A stretch of DNA of 63,696 bases, the filler included, from Sphacelaria rigidula (taxonomy: Eukaryota): assembly GCA_964200075.2 (NCBI GenBank). It is 10 parts of 10 records of this genome, joined end to end, with 100 filler letters (N's around TTAATTAATTAA, not from the genome) between each part and the next. Parts side by side here need not be neighbours in the genome. Positions count along the whole stretch, not along the records: positions 1 to 6,280 come from CAXNAA020021038.1; positions 6,381 to 12,660 come from CAXNAA020021039.1; 8 more parts are not named here. The stretch is one strand, 5' to 3'. Positions within the stretch are counted from its first letter, which is position 1; each line of letters opens with the position of its first letter. The notes under the pieces are model-generated. The model saw only the letters and a program-made list of their open reading frames with translations. It was not told the origin of the DNA and searched no databases. Made by a program: the position numbers and the translations under genes. Below are positions 1 to 12,760 of the stretch, piece after piece.

Positions 1-743
1 ATTTATGATCATCGCCTCCGTGCACTTTTTTGGCCGGTTCGGGGGGGGGGGCTATCTCGGCAGCAGTCCCCGTCAGTATCCCTCAAACAGTATTCAGAGG
101 CACCCAAATGCAGTTGGGCGCGAAATTATCGTGAAAAAACCCGGATTAGATCGCAAAACATGAACAAAAAAATGGGAGGGGAAAAAAACATAATTCATAA
201 AAAGCTCAAGTAGACTTAGCAAGCTTACCTCTACATATTCTCTATTTTCCCCTGAAAATGTTGACACCCATGAGCGGACATAAAGCGGCATATGACTGCA
301 CAAACAAGCGCTTGTTACAGGACAACTGGATTCCACGTACTCAGAACCATAACAAGGGATCGTTATCGAGAGGAGACATTGTGTAGTCGTCGGTATGTAC
401 CCGATCAAGGTAGCACTTGAGAAATATCTCCTGTTGGTATAAACATCTCGATGTCCTTAACGTACCTGTCGTGCTTCGGAGAGGAGAAAGTTTTGAAGCA
501 GCACTTCAAAGCACTTTCGGGATTTTTTTACGCTTTGTACGGAATGTTCCTGCCGCTGAAGAGAAGAGTATGACGCCATCAGGTGAGAGCTAAATCGCAA
601 AATCATGTTCCTGCGCGTAACGACGATTGGGTAACACCCACAGTTTTTTTACTTTTATACCGTCACACTTGGAACCCCTCCCCTTCCTCGGGACAGAGTG
701 CGACAAAATCTACTTTCAGTTCTAGTTCATCTCCAGGCCTCAC

Positions 744-845
744 CAATTTTTCTATCTCCCGCGTAGTAGATGCCAGATTCTCCTCCAACGACGCATCCGT
801 CGGCTGAGAGGCCAGCGCCTGAGCTCGAGACTGAGCCTCGCGAGC
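744..845 (-). CDS. HOP2: HOP2 internal exon, coiled coil
   Basis: cag| 102 bp |gtgagg, phase 0/0. Encodes AREAQSRAQALASQPTDASLEENLASTTREIEKL, fitting the Hop2 LxSxxTxxxL kink between its coiled coils. Confidence 0.75.
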
Positions 846-3071
846 CTGTCGATTCCCGGCGCCACGCGTACAGCAATTATTTCGACATGGACAGTCAATG
901 CATGCAATAAACAGGTTCTCGTGAACCCATTCGACATCGAGATCTCTTGTCGAGACGGTAGCGTTTCTGACAGCCCTGCTTTGACGTCCGATGCTGAAAC
1001 TCCCCTACCGCGATCGCACTTTTAGGATCGGGTGATACTGTGTGCTGTGTGCCATATTTGGTCGAAGCAGTAATCCCGGCTTGCAGGAGGGGGTACGTAC
1101 CGACGGCTGCACAACGGAATAGCCGGCTTGTCGCTACTCGCTTCAAGAAGCGGCTGTTTCACAGCTGAATCAGTGAGCGCTTACTGGTTCATCTATCAAA
1201 CAGCCGCTTATCGAACGAGAGAAATTTTGGGTGTCTAGGGCCGGCGTGATCGCGTCAGACATATCTCCGACATCTCGCCCGTTGCGAGCCTATCCGTTCA
1301 CGGCTCAAATTTGACCAACAGCAGATTATCAAGGGATTGGGACCCCTTTATTTTTAGATATCAACATACGGGCGTTTGACCTCTGGACCAGTGGAGTGCT
1401 AGCCTGTCGAACAAAATATATAGCATGTGTTAAGATCCTGCCATGACGGTAAAATACAGCTTGGACTCCATATTTGGAAACAAACGAGTCACTCGGCGCA
1501 GAAACAAAATTCTCGTTTCGAGTGTGAGGTAACCACTCCGCTGATCCTCAACGTTCCTTCAGCGAGTAGACGCGTTGACTGACACCAAAACAATCTTTCC
1601 GATCTAACAAAAACGAAAGTTAAACTGTCCGTAATCCTGACTCCCCAACGCCGTTCTGACGGGGGTTTTCGTGGCGAAGGGGCCGAGTGGTCGTCAAATG
1701 TGAAACACTGTTGACCAACACCTAAAATAGAGGGTGGAAAATAAATGCCAGCCTCCCCTGGGGAGGAATAAATCCCTGCGATTGCTACCGAGTTACATGT
1801 GGGAAAATAGTTGATGGTTACATTTACGAGGTGAAAGCAAACGAGCAACAAAAAACGAAGAAGAAATGATCCGAGATATCCACAGAGGGGAAAGAGGTTA
1901 CCACCGTAGGCTCGATCAGGGTGGAAAACAGTGTTGAGGCATCTGCGCCCTCACCACCGACTCCGGGCTACTGAACGCGTAGCGCAGGGATTATTTTGGG
2001 TGATGTGTGGCCTGCCGCCCTCCACATTTTGAGTCCGGGCGGCTATACTGGGTTTTATAACCGCTGATTCGGCGCAAATACGACCGTCTGACGCCACCGA
2101 ACAGCGGGTGAGGTGACGCAGACAAATGAAAACCAAAGACAAAAGCAATGTTAGCACCCGATGGGTTTAGTTTCCCGGTGGCACTCGTCATGTTTCGAGT
2201 CTACAGGCGGTGTTACTGTCACCTGTTTGGTCGTTCATAAAGTGCTTCATTTATCCCTCGCGTGGACCAGCTATCCGAGAATGCAGGCGTTCTGTGTCTC
2301 TCTCCGTTATGTGTCTCTGTGTCTCAGGTGTGTCTTTTCCGGGATTTTTTCGTGTTAATCGTGAGTCTCGATAATACGCAGTGTAGCGCAGACCTGCGCC
2401 TCAGATGGATTCGGGTTCGGTAGGGTTGCACAGTGAAGAGATGAGGATGGTTTCATGCCGAGGCGCCGAGCAGCTGATGCCGAATGTCGAGGTGTCGATG
2501 TGTCGAGGTGTCTAGTGTTCCGTGTGTGCACATTACGAGATGAATAAAAACTATTATACGTGCTGTACTGACAAACTCAAACGCCTCCAAAGTACCCCAC
2601 CAGTACCAGGGCATGATCCCATGTGGGTTGCATGAGCGCATCACGTCCGGCGCACCTCGCACCAAAATCCACGTTCTATTGGAAGCGCCGGTGCCCCCAA
2701 AGTAAAGGTAAAAATAACGCAAAATGGTGCATTCCCCTCCAAATCTTCGTCATCCGCTGAACACACAGCCGCCAAGGACGGCTGCGGAAAGGCCTACGGT
2801 GGGTTTGGCGCGTCGATCCAGCCAGAGGTATGTCTTTCAAGCTGGATCCGACTACTTTACGCCTGATCCCCCGCAGTTCAGGCCTGCATATGTTCGGGAC
2901 ACCACTAAAAACTCTTGGGCGCCATATACCGCCGATGGACCCTAGGTGGACGACTGAATGCACATGAATATCAATTCCTCTGGTCGAACACCAGACATGA
3001 ATCGGGAGCTCGGACCGAAAGCATTGGAAGTTTGGACCAAGGTGTGCGCCTCATGTTGTCATCAAGGGAAG

Positions 3072-3176
3072 TGCTCGTAAGCATAGAGGTGTACTCATGA
3101 TCATGTATGCCATGGTCTTATGGCTCATAAGACCATGGCATACATGATCATGAGTACACCTCTATGCTAACGAGCA
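3072..3176. repeat. Near-perfect 105-nt palindrome/hairpin in a HOP2 intron
   Basis: 51-nt arms (3072-3122 and 3126-3176) are reverse complements with one mismatch; 3-nt loop GCT. Confidence 0.92.
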
Positions 3177-4672
3177 TAGAGGGGCCGAGGAGTTGAAGAA
3201 TCGGTGTATCTGATATTGGAGATCAGGCGGTACTATTGTACACATCGGGCATCTCATCTGATCATCTCACTTTCGTGAAACTCCGCTGTACCTTTTTCAC
3301 TGGACGGATACATAACCGAGTAAACTCACCAGTTGTCCGACGTGTATACTATTGTTTCCAATCGAGACCTGGCGATCGACGATGTAAGGCCGGCGTACTA
3401 ACACCTGTACAGCGGGCAAGTACACTCGAAGGTCGGTTCGCACTCCTTGGACTTTGCCATTGCCTGCGTGCTGCCCCAAGCCGTGAACAAACGGACCCCC
3501 GACTGCGCACACTCCTCTGTACGCAAACATAACAGGATACTTGTCGATGCGTCACACAGAGGGGCGCATATTGCACCCTGAGAAACCATGACTTGGGCAG
3601 AGAGCAAGAATAAATATCCATTTGTTTCCCGAAGAAGGAAAAATAAAACGAGGACAACTTCCTGTTTTCAAGGATTGCTTCAGAGCAGGAAACACAGGCA
3701 CATGATTTTCCGACCTGGAGGATGTCGTTGTTTTTGGTGCGCAGACTCGACAAGCGCAAGGTACCGTATACCAAACCTAGTGCAAATAACAATAACAGAA
3801 AATGCCCCTTCGGTTTCATGAGCGAAACGACACTTTTGCAAAACATGAAATGTTGTATTTCCCCCCTTGTGGCTAAAGTACCACGACTTGAAATAAAACG
3901 GAAAAAAGGATTAGGGGCAACCGGACCATAGAGTTGAGCCGCCAAAGGATAGGTGTTTCCTTCGTTTGCACGGTTCATTTTTTCTCGGACTATCTCCCAG
4001 AGCCTTTCCACCCACGTACTGCTGCAGTAGAAAGTCCGGGACTATGGGTGGAGTACGATCACAACAGCGCTGTTGGAACGGAGTAAAAGAAGAATGTTCT
4101 GAAGCAATCTATACTAAAACAAAATAGAACTCGCGTGCCGTGTGGGCCAACTACCGTAGTCAATTTCACACCCTGGACAGAAGATCACCTTGTCAAAAAA
4201 ATGTACTGCGTACAGTATGGAATTTACTGTGATTGCAATAGACGCAATAGTCGATGCTGTACGCAGTACACTTCTTGGCAATGTAATATAATCGTCATTA
4301 TCCAGGGTGTGGTCAATGGAACCTCGAACACACGGCTGGACAGAGAAACATTCATCTATAGCGCCGGATATGGTACAAATGTCCTGCCGTGGTGTCTTGC
4401 AGTGGATCTGTGCTCGTGGAAGCGGGGACACGGTTTTTTTTTCATCCACACTCGATGTTAGTTCGACGTTGGAAAATCCGCTCATATTGCCGTTTTTTCA
4501 AATTTAGGGGGTATTTCTAGTGAGAAGACCGACGAGATTTTGACTACCAGTGTGGAAGCCTTGGGGTGCCTCGCAATTATCCTGCGAGCACCGCGTGGTA
4601 TGCGGGCTTTGCAGGATGCCCTTCGAAATCCGAATTCTCCGCACTACCGCCGCCAACGAGGATTATCCTCAC

Positions 4673-4777
4673 CTGAGCAGCGACAATCTCCAGCCTCGTA
4701 GTGAGTTCCTTGGACTCTTGGTCTAGTCGCGCTAGTTTTGCGTCGGACACGTCGCCGGCTCCACCAGGTAGCGTATC
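4673..4777 (-). CDS. HOP2: HOP2 internal exon, start of coiled coil
   Basis: tag| 105 bp |gtgagg, phase 0/0. Encodes DTLPGGAGDVSDAKLARLDQESKELTTRLEIVAAQ, which continues ...YYANQ in frame and resembles the Hop2 segment D...VSDxxLxxLD. Absent from the ORF track. Confidence 0.8.
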
Positions 4778-6100
4778 CTACCACATACGTACGAATACAC
4801 AAGATTCGCAAAGAGACAAATAACGAAAAAAAGAGTCTGGTACAGATCATCAAAACGCACTACAGGCTACCGACCGACACATTCGCACAGGTAGGTAACC
4901 ATCAGACGTGACAAATTGGGAAGACTTAGAACTCAGGGTGAACTATCGAACCATTCAGGCTTGAATATTTCGAGCTGTGCCCTTTGAAAGTTCGAAGGCG
5001 TCCTGTAGAGTATACTGGCTGTGATTCGGGTACAGTATTCACCGAAGAATAAAAGAGGTATCGTACCGGTAAATACCCTTCCGGACCAAGATCGGATTGT
5101 GTGGAACAAGGCTCGATACCCTGCCGGACCATACCGGAATATTCGGTTCACGTTTCGGTATGGTTTAGACTGGTAACAAAAAATCTCCCACTTCAGGATA
5201 TACCCTACAGAACACAACCTTAGAAAAATTCCACACCATGGGTAATGACAACATATGGTTCGTAGATGCAATAGACAAGTGTACTTACTGGGCACAATAT
5301 AGACCTATTGCAACTATTGTCAGCCGTCAACAGTTGCATCCAGTACGTATTTTGTCTATAGCCTAATGACTATAGACCAGCACATACCATGCATTACTTC
5401 TTTCCAGAACATACTATAAAAAGTGGGGGGGGGGGGGGGGGACATTGTGTTAACCTTCCTTTGGTGAAAAAAAAATAATATAATTTACTTATTCGTATAA
5501 CANNNNNNNNNNGTTCTGTCTGTCACGAGCAAAAGAATGTGGGGGGGGGGGGGGGGGGGGGGGGGACTCTGCGTTAATCTGCGTTATGAGCAGTATAAAT
5601 AATGTAATTGCTTTATTCGTAGAACAGCCACACTTCTGGCGAAATAGGAAATTGCGAGCACTACTGCCCATTTTGCACACAATGAACACAGTGATATTAA
5701 ACAATAAAGGTGTAGTCACACCAACACAAGCCGTACTTAGTACGGGTGTTCAACATCAAGAGGCGCTTATCACAATGCCCACATTTCCGCAAAATCGTCC
5801 TACAGGGGTGGAACCGTGTTATAGCGACACCTAATAAGGCGGAACCACCAATAAGGCGAGTGTTTTCGGCATCTTACAGCATCGCCCCTCAATGAGGCGG
5901 GTTTTGCTATTGTCCATAATCGTCTGCCTTATTGCGGACCCCCGCTCACAACAAGCCGGGCGTTTTTTACTTGTCCTCATGTCGCCATAACACGGGTTTA
6001 CGGGTTGGGTTGAACACGAACTGGGTACGCACACGTGTTGTTGTCTCTTGAGATTGATTTCACCACATGTTCCTTTGTCAATACGAACTGCCTTGTATAC

Positions 6101-6192
6101 CTGGTTGGCGTAGTAGATCTTGGATTTCCCGTACTCTTGCAGCTTGACTGTGCCAGCGCTGACCAGTTCGTCCAAGAGCTTCTGAACCATAG
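6101..6192 (-). CDS. HOP2: HOP2/TBPIP (PSMC3IP) internal exon, winged-helix region
   Basis: Acceptor ccctgccag| and donor |gtatac. Encodes (x)MVQKLLDELVSAGTVKLQEYGKSKIYYANQ, matching the Hop2 pattern VxKxLxxLxxxGxIxxKxYGKxKIYxAxQ. The 5' exons lie off the contig. Confidence 0.88.
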
Positions 6193-6280
6193 CTGGCAGG
6201 GCGCGACATCCAACACAGGCGAAATATTTTCGAGGGACACAGGAGTGGGGGGGGGGGGGGTCTTTTTTTTTGGTTTCCTT

Positions 6281-6380
6281 NNNNNNNNNNNNNNNNNNNN
6301 NNNNNNNNNNNNNNNNNNNNNNNNTTAATTAATTAANNNNNNNNNNNNNNNNNNNNNNNNNNNNNNNNNNNNNNNNNNNN
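6281..6380. other. Artificial contig linker
   Basis: N44-TTAATTAATTAA-N44 (stops in all six frames). Confidence 0.97.
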
Positions 6381-6409
6381 GGGGGGCGGGGGGGGGGGGG
6401 GGGGGGGGG

Positions 6410-6485
6410 GGGGGGGCTGTCCTCATTTGTTGCTTGCCTTAGTCATTTGCCCATTGACCACGCATCCCTTTCGAGACGGAGCACG
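6410..6485 (+). repeat. Dispersed repeat (G-run + CTCATTTGTTGCTTGCCTTAGTCATTTG..) family
   Basis: Near-identical copies at ~25369-25420 and ~30070-30147 on other contigs. Confidence 0.75.
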
Positions 6486-7774
6486 GCGGGGGGGAGGGAG
6501 ATCTGAACTGCGAAGTGTGCCACCCCCAGGACAAAACAAGGCATGAACGACTGCAAAAACGTTTTGTCTTTCGGCCCTTCCGCTGCGCGCGATGACTTGT
6601 TGTGTAGGGGAAGCTACATCGTATTGCGGCCTTGTTGGTTGGCATGCGTTCCTGGCCAGCCTTGCGCCAAAACAAGTAAAAACGAAAATATACGCAAATG
6701 CCCGCACAACGTATGTAAAATCAACGCACTTTTGAACAAAAGTTTTTGCCTCATGTATTCCTCCACCGCGGCTAGACCACTTCCCGTGAAACTTGGCGCC
6801 CTAGTTGGACACAACACAGACTGCATGTGCACCAGACGGCGGCACGTTCAGGCCGCGCTACAAAAATTACGAAGTGATATACCGATTTTGGGGCAATACC
6901 GTCAATACGCCCTGTCTATGGCTTATCCCGCAGCCCAGATTGCATGCACCGCTAGAGGACACATATCTCGACACGCCGGGGAACTAACTTCCACATCACG
7001 AGCAGCTGCTGCGCTGGCGAAACAAACATCGCTCTGCACTCGAACAGCCACTGGGAAATGACAATCTGTACAAACATTATTCGTATATCGTCTGTAGGGG
7101 TGCTCAGTTCGGGAGGTACGACCGTACGCGCGCTATCGGTGCTGCAACGCGCTGAAACTTCGGCCACGTGTCATGTGAACGAAGCACAGTCAACGAGTCA
7201 ATATCGCTGAATCTGCGGTTGCGCGTTGCAGCAGTGCCCAGCGGGGCGAAAAGAGGTCGGATTCTTTCAAGAAAAATGTTTTCTTTACTTTGGCGCAAGA
7301 CTGTGGAGTAATACGACAACAACCTGGAGTTACTAAGCAACATGCATGGTGATATACATTCGACTCCGACGGACAAGTGCTCGTCATGTATCGAGGCTAA
7401 ACGAGAAAGGTGAAGAAAAGAGGGGGGAGACGCGCAACAGACCGAACGGAAGGGGGTGGAAATCATACGTATGCCAACAAAATCATTTTTGCAAACGTTC
7501 AAGATCCCTACACACCTCGACATTAGCTCACAGAATATTATGCGCAGGTGATCTGTTCCGACCGTTCGTGGCGTTTTGTGTGTCGTAACGGTAATAGTGA
7601 TGACGCAAAAGCTCTTATTTTTTCTCCATTGCGCCTTTCCTCTTCACACCACTCATACGCTAGGGCAGTCTGTAGCTAACCATCCGAGGCAATTTACCGG
7701 AAGCTCAGATGGCGTTACCGGCGTCCGAGATCAGTTGATAATATTGTTCCGAAATCGGTCTTATGCCCAGGGGT

Positions 7775-8009
7775 TTAACCCTTTGGGAACTTGCGAAAAA
7801 CAAATACAGACTCCCATATGTGAGCGTTCCGTCACCAGAAAAAAATACGTTGAGTTCAGTGCACAAACCCGTCGCATTAGTATACTTGAACTCAGAGTGG
7901 TGCACCGTTTCGGTGGGTTGCATCAACAGTTGCAGGAAAACAACGATATCTTGCCCAAGAAACGTCTTTGTAAATCATCATTTTTCATCAACGGTTCCAA
8001 AAGGGTTAA
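7775..8009. mobile_element. piggyBac-type MITE (TTAA TSD)
   Basis: TTAA|CCCTTTGGGAAC ... GTTCCAAAAGGG|TTAA. Homologous copy at 27228-27477. Confidence 0.8.
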
Positions 8010-10599
8010 CATGCCGTGGGAGGTAACATGTTGGCATTAGCCAACTCTCTGAGAAAGGTAGAGAGTCCAGAAAAAACTATCTGATCGCTCCACGTCAGCT
8101 AGTACTAACAGCGTGGTGACATCTCACAGATAGTCTAGCATGGCACCTTGTCATGCGGAGCGATGGGTGTGACTGTATGCTGTGAAATACGGAGGTATCC
8201 CCGAAATGACTTCGGGAAGGAGAAATATCTGTTAATATATCAATATATTGATAAACGTGTGATCCTGGCACTCAGGCCCGCGGGTCACACCAGATCGCAC
8301 CGGATCGCAGCTCAGAGAGAAACAGACAGAGAGAGAGAAAGAAAGAAAGAGCCACAGCAGATAACTCTTTCGTTGGAGGAAGCGTTGATTGCGGAGGAGT
8401 TCACGAATTCGGATTATGGTGAACAAGGACGTGAAAAGGGTTCCATTCTGTATCTTGGAGGAATCGTCGTATTGTGCAGCAGCGGATAAAACGTCCCGGA
8501 CGCTAATGGACACACCCGCGGTAACTCAGACCGCATTTTTGAGAGTTCCGAGTTAAATAAATACACTAGAAAATTCATGAACCCAATTTTGACAGATGAC
8601 GCACAACAGTAAATTAATAATAGTGAAGTCGGATTTGAGCGGGGGGGGCACAGGGGCGCAGGGGACGAGAAAAACAGCCGTCCCCGGGTGTAGCTCTACC
8701 GTACAATTAATGGTGGTATCCACAGTTTTGGCCTATGTCGTGCGAATGGCAACACATCTGGATTGTGTGCAGGTTTTTTCGAAATGCTCGGAATATTTCC
8801 TTGCCCGCGGATGAAATGAAGCACCTCCGCCGCCCTCAAAACATAACCACACGGGTGGTATCCCCAACACACTAATGCATCTATGAAACGTGTGGACAAG
8901 AAAGCATTTATCTCCGAAATCCCGTTTCTCCTCGCCTTGGAATGAAATCACTCTATCTCCTTCCCAAACACCCTCATCTTGGGGAGTGTTATTCGACGTA
9001 TTGGCACTTTGCGGGCGGATTACACGATGCTCCTTAACGCATAAAAGATATCGTCGAAACATCGAAATCCTCACCATGTACCACTATTAACATGATCGTC
9101 AGGAGCACCACCGTTCGATTGCGACGGAACAAAACGCTGGATATGACCCCCGGGGACGGTTATTTTCTCATCCCTGGAAAGTCATGGGCTCAACCTCCAC
9201 ATGAGACGTCACCTATGCTTGGAAGATGTTTGCTACATAGCCGTACGTGCCACACACTAAATTCTGCACTCTTGAAGAGGCCTTCCTCGAACAACCGAAA
9301 CGAAAGAGGGACAACAAAAGCCCGCACGTGGGTCCAAAGTCAAATGAAATCGTCAAGGCCTGTTAGTCCATTTGCTGAAACATCACTTGGGGTTTGCGAA
9401 GTCGTACTTCAGTCGTACTTGACCCACTTTTCACTGGAGCCATATTTATACACACTGATTCGCGAGCATGGGGGCGATTTCCGGATCGCTTTTTTTTTTT
9501 AACAAGTCTTGGATACCCCGTATTCGCAATCTCGGGTGTATTGGTTGCCTTTCAGCAAAGGAAGAGTTGGTGTCGCAAAAAGCACCTTGGATTCGGCGTC
9601 TCCACCAAACTCCTTCTCGGATTATGTTCCTTCGTCGATTTTCAAGTCAGAATTGGGCCCGCTAGACTTCGGCCTGAATTACCGCGGGATTATCGTAACG
9701 TTGGTGCAGTGCAGGAAGGCATTTTAGAAAAATCACTCTTTGGGTGTGGACATGCTCTCTCAATCAGCTCGGGACGTTAGAGCCTTCCTTAACTCATTCA
9801 GTGCGATAAGCAGACATGACTTCAAACGCAGGGTGCAAGTGTATATTATTTAGGGTTAGGTGGTATCAAGTGTGCGTGGAATCCAGTCGACGCTGAGGAG
9901 TGACGGTGAAATCGCCGTGGTCACTGGGCTGGTGCCGAGATCTCGTGCTTCCTTTTGGGTTGCTTGATGTCGACGCAAGCTCGGGCCGATGGCAACACAG
10001 CTAGTTTCGTGTGTAAATAATCTACATTGGGACTGTTCGTGTTTATCTTCACCGGCCATTTGAATAAAATATCGAGTGTGCTTTTATTTCCTGAATCCAA
10101 GTCGTGCATGGGTTACGCTGCCGTGCCTGCCGGTTTATGAAAAAAATGTACTCTCTTTTTTTCTTTCAAAGAGGGACTGCCAACTGTCGTACGGTTGAGC
10201 ACAAGAGTACGTCAAGTGTTTTTTTCCGTTACCAGAGAGCACCGGAGTAGGCTGCGTCTCCAGCACGGAAACAATTTCCTCGCCCACGACCTGACAACGA
10301 GTGCAGTCTTAGCTCTTGCGCGGGAGTGGCCAACTTACATTGTCAGTTGTGAAGTAACGCGTGCTCTCGCAGAGTCTAGGATCTATTAACTTTCAAAAAC
10401 ACGTTTGGCGGCGACATCGGTCGAACGTTCCGAGAGAATACACATCGCAAGCGTGTATCACCAGGGGGTGTTTCATCACCTATTTACACGGTAACTTCAG
10501 GTGTGGCACAGATCACCTGCAACACAGAATACAGGATAGCCTCAGGTGCTTTGTTGTACGGTCGTAACGACCGCGGATGGATCCCTCGGATCAACCAAG

Positions 10600-10810
10600 G
10601 TGTGTTCCATCGTCCCATCTACTCTGGGCGCCGGTCTACACCTTTGGGTATATGTGGGCGCACCAGCCAGGGTCACACAACAGTTTGTTTGTTTTTTTGT
10701 CATTTTTAGTTCTCCTCTTCCTTCTGCGGCGCTTCCCTTTATTTTTCATCACGAGAGGGGCCCAGCAGTCCCTTCCCCTCGTCGACCATGAAGTCGAATT
10801 TTGTGTACGA
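10600..10810 (-). mobile_element. Partial copy of tRNA-derived SINE
   Basis: Aligns with 58700-58870 plus 59140-59180, and lacks the MITE insertion found in that copy. Confidence 0.7.
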
Positions 10811-12600
10811 CAGTTAATATATCAATCGATCAGCAAGACGGGCTGACGAGTGTCGCCACTTTCCCACCAGACACATCCCATTAGAAAAAAAAAGTGCACA
10901 TGAGGATTGGACACAAGCGGATGGTTCAACGATTCTCTGTGACATATAATACAGACAGTTCGATACAGCCATATGTGAATCATGGATCACGGAACGGTCC
11001 TCAAGTACAGGAGAACAGACAACAGTACGACAACTGTTGTAAAGGAAGAAAGAGCAGGTTCTGCAGCGACAACAGTCATTGTACCGTCCGCAATTTCAGA
11101 TACTCCGCCTTGGAGGGCTGCCCGAAGCCTCCCTGATAGAACAACGGAGGAATTTGGTTGGGTGCAACAACAAATGAATGCTTGCTTTGAAATACAATGT
11201 AGCCGACAACAAACCGCAACAATATTCATAGCATGTAGGCGTTGGCCGCCAATGGATTGCTTCCGTACTGCAATGGCTACTCATATACTCTTTCGCTTGG
11301 GATAGGATTCAAACGCCGGACCCTACTACGAATAAGTAGAGTACTGTAAGTTGCAGTGAGTTAAACTGAACTGTACTGTATCGTCGGGTGGTACAGCACG
11401 AGCCATTAAAAGCAGAACACAAACAGACGAGCATAAACTCTTTGCCTCACCATAAAGTGAAATTCCGGCATGATCGCACAGCACAGGACCGCAGAAGTAC
11501 AACAGTGCAATAGACAGTGGCTCCGGGCCTGTCGTTGTCCTCGTGTCCCGCCCTTCCTGCTTGGCCCGTGTTTTCCGTGATAGTCTAGTGGTTTGAAGTC
11601 ATGTTCCATTATCGCGGACCTGAACAACAAAGCGAAACCAACAGTCATCGGGCACTCAGCTATGCGGTGGGATACAATTAGGAGGGGAGACAACTAGCTG
11701 AGGTGGTACTGTACCATGAGGGTTACTCGTGCGAAGCAGTACAGAAGACATCTACGTTTCTTCCGAATCGTGTACAACATCGCTCCTCCTTATAAGGTGA
11801 GGTTAGGATTGGGTCTTCGCTGCCAATAGTATCCAGTTTCCAGCGGTAAGGGGGAAAAAACGGTATCCTCCGCAGCCATGCTGGGCAGGCCTGCGCACCA
11901 TACGCTTGCGCACAGCATGCCTGCGGCTTATTTGTATTCCGAAGCCTGGCGCTGCTTCTAACCTCATCAAGTACCTACCTACATTGGCACCAGTATGAAT
12001 GACGGTCACGATACAGCAATACAGAGTAATAGTACTCGTACATGTTCCGTATCGACATCATGACGGTATTTAACACCCCTGGTGGTAAGATTTCAACGTG
12101 GATTTTCTCGAGAGAAGGCCCTTCACGGCCAGCGGGATCAGTGCAACGGCAGGTATTGATTTTTCAAGCGTTCGTATTGCACGAGTAACTCTTGATGACT
12201 TGTGCCCATCGCATTTCCGGAGGAATCGATATTCGTGTCATCATGTGGGGTGTTATTTCTCGTCTCCTCTAACACGTGCATGATAGTCTTGTGCATCGTG
12301 GGGGGTCAACACGATGTTTAGTACACCGAGAATTACACGTATAGAGGCAAGAAAACCTCGATATTGACGCTAATGACTAGGAGATAGCCTGTCGGGTGCC
12401 AGGACGTGAGTGTCAGTACTGAGGTTCGGCTTAGGTTGGGTTGGGTTGTCAGCAGCTTTACCCTGTCCACACACCCGGTGGTGAGATTTACCCCTCCTTC
12501 AAACTTTCCGTCTGCTTTCACGTGTGCGTGTTGTATTTTCTTTCGTCGGGTGGATCAGGTGATGTAATCCATCGATGTGGGTTGTTTGCACACATTACTT

Positions 12601-12660
12601 GACACTTTCTACGATAGCCCCCCCCCAAAACCAGCTAAAAGTGTCACGAAAAAAATGGCC
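12601..12660 (+). mobile_element. GAC-terminus MITE family, left end truncated by contig end
   Basis: GACACTTTCTACGATAGCCCCCCCCCAAAACCAGC.. matches the copies at 35629 and 62361. Confidence 0.75.
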
Positions 12661-12760
12661 NNNNNNNNNNNNNNNNNNNNNNNNNNNNNNNNNNNNNNNN
12701 NNNNTTAATTAATTAANNNNNNNNNNNNNNNNNNNNNNNNNNNNNNNNNNNNNNNNNNNN
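12661..12760. other. Artificial contig linker
   Basis: N44-TTAATTAATTAA-N44. Confidence 0.97.

Noticed and set aside
3349..4011. 220-aa ORF in the HOP2 intron; its YPLAAQLY resembles YPLAALLF near 19680
   Set aside because: The short match is probably chance, and the rest is low-information with no splice or motif support.
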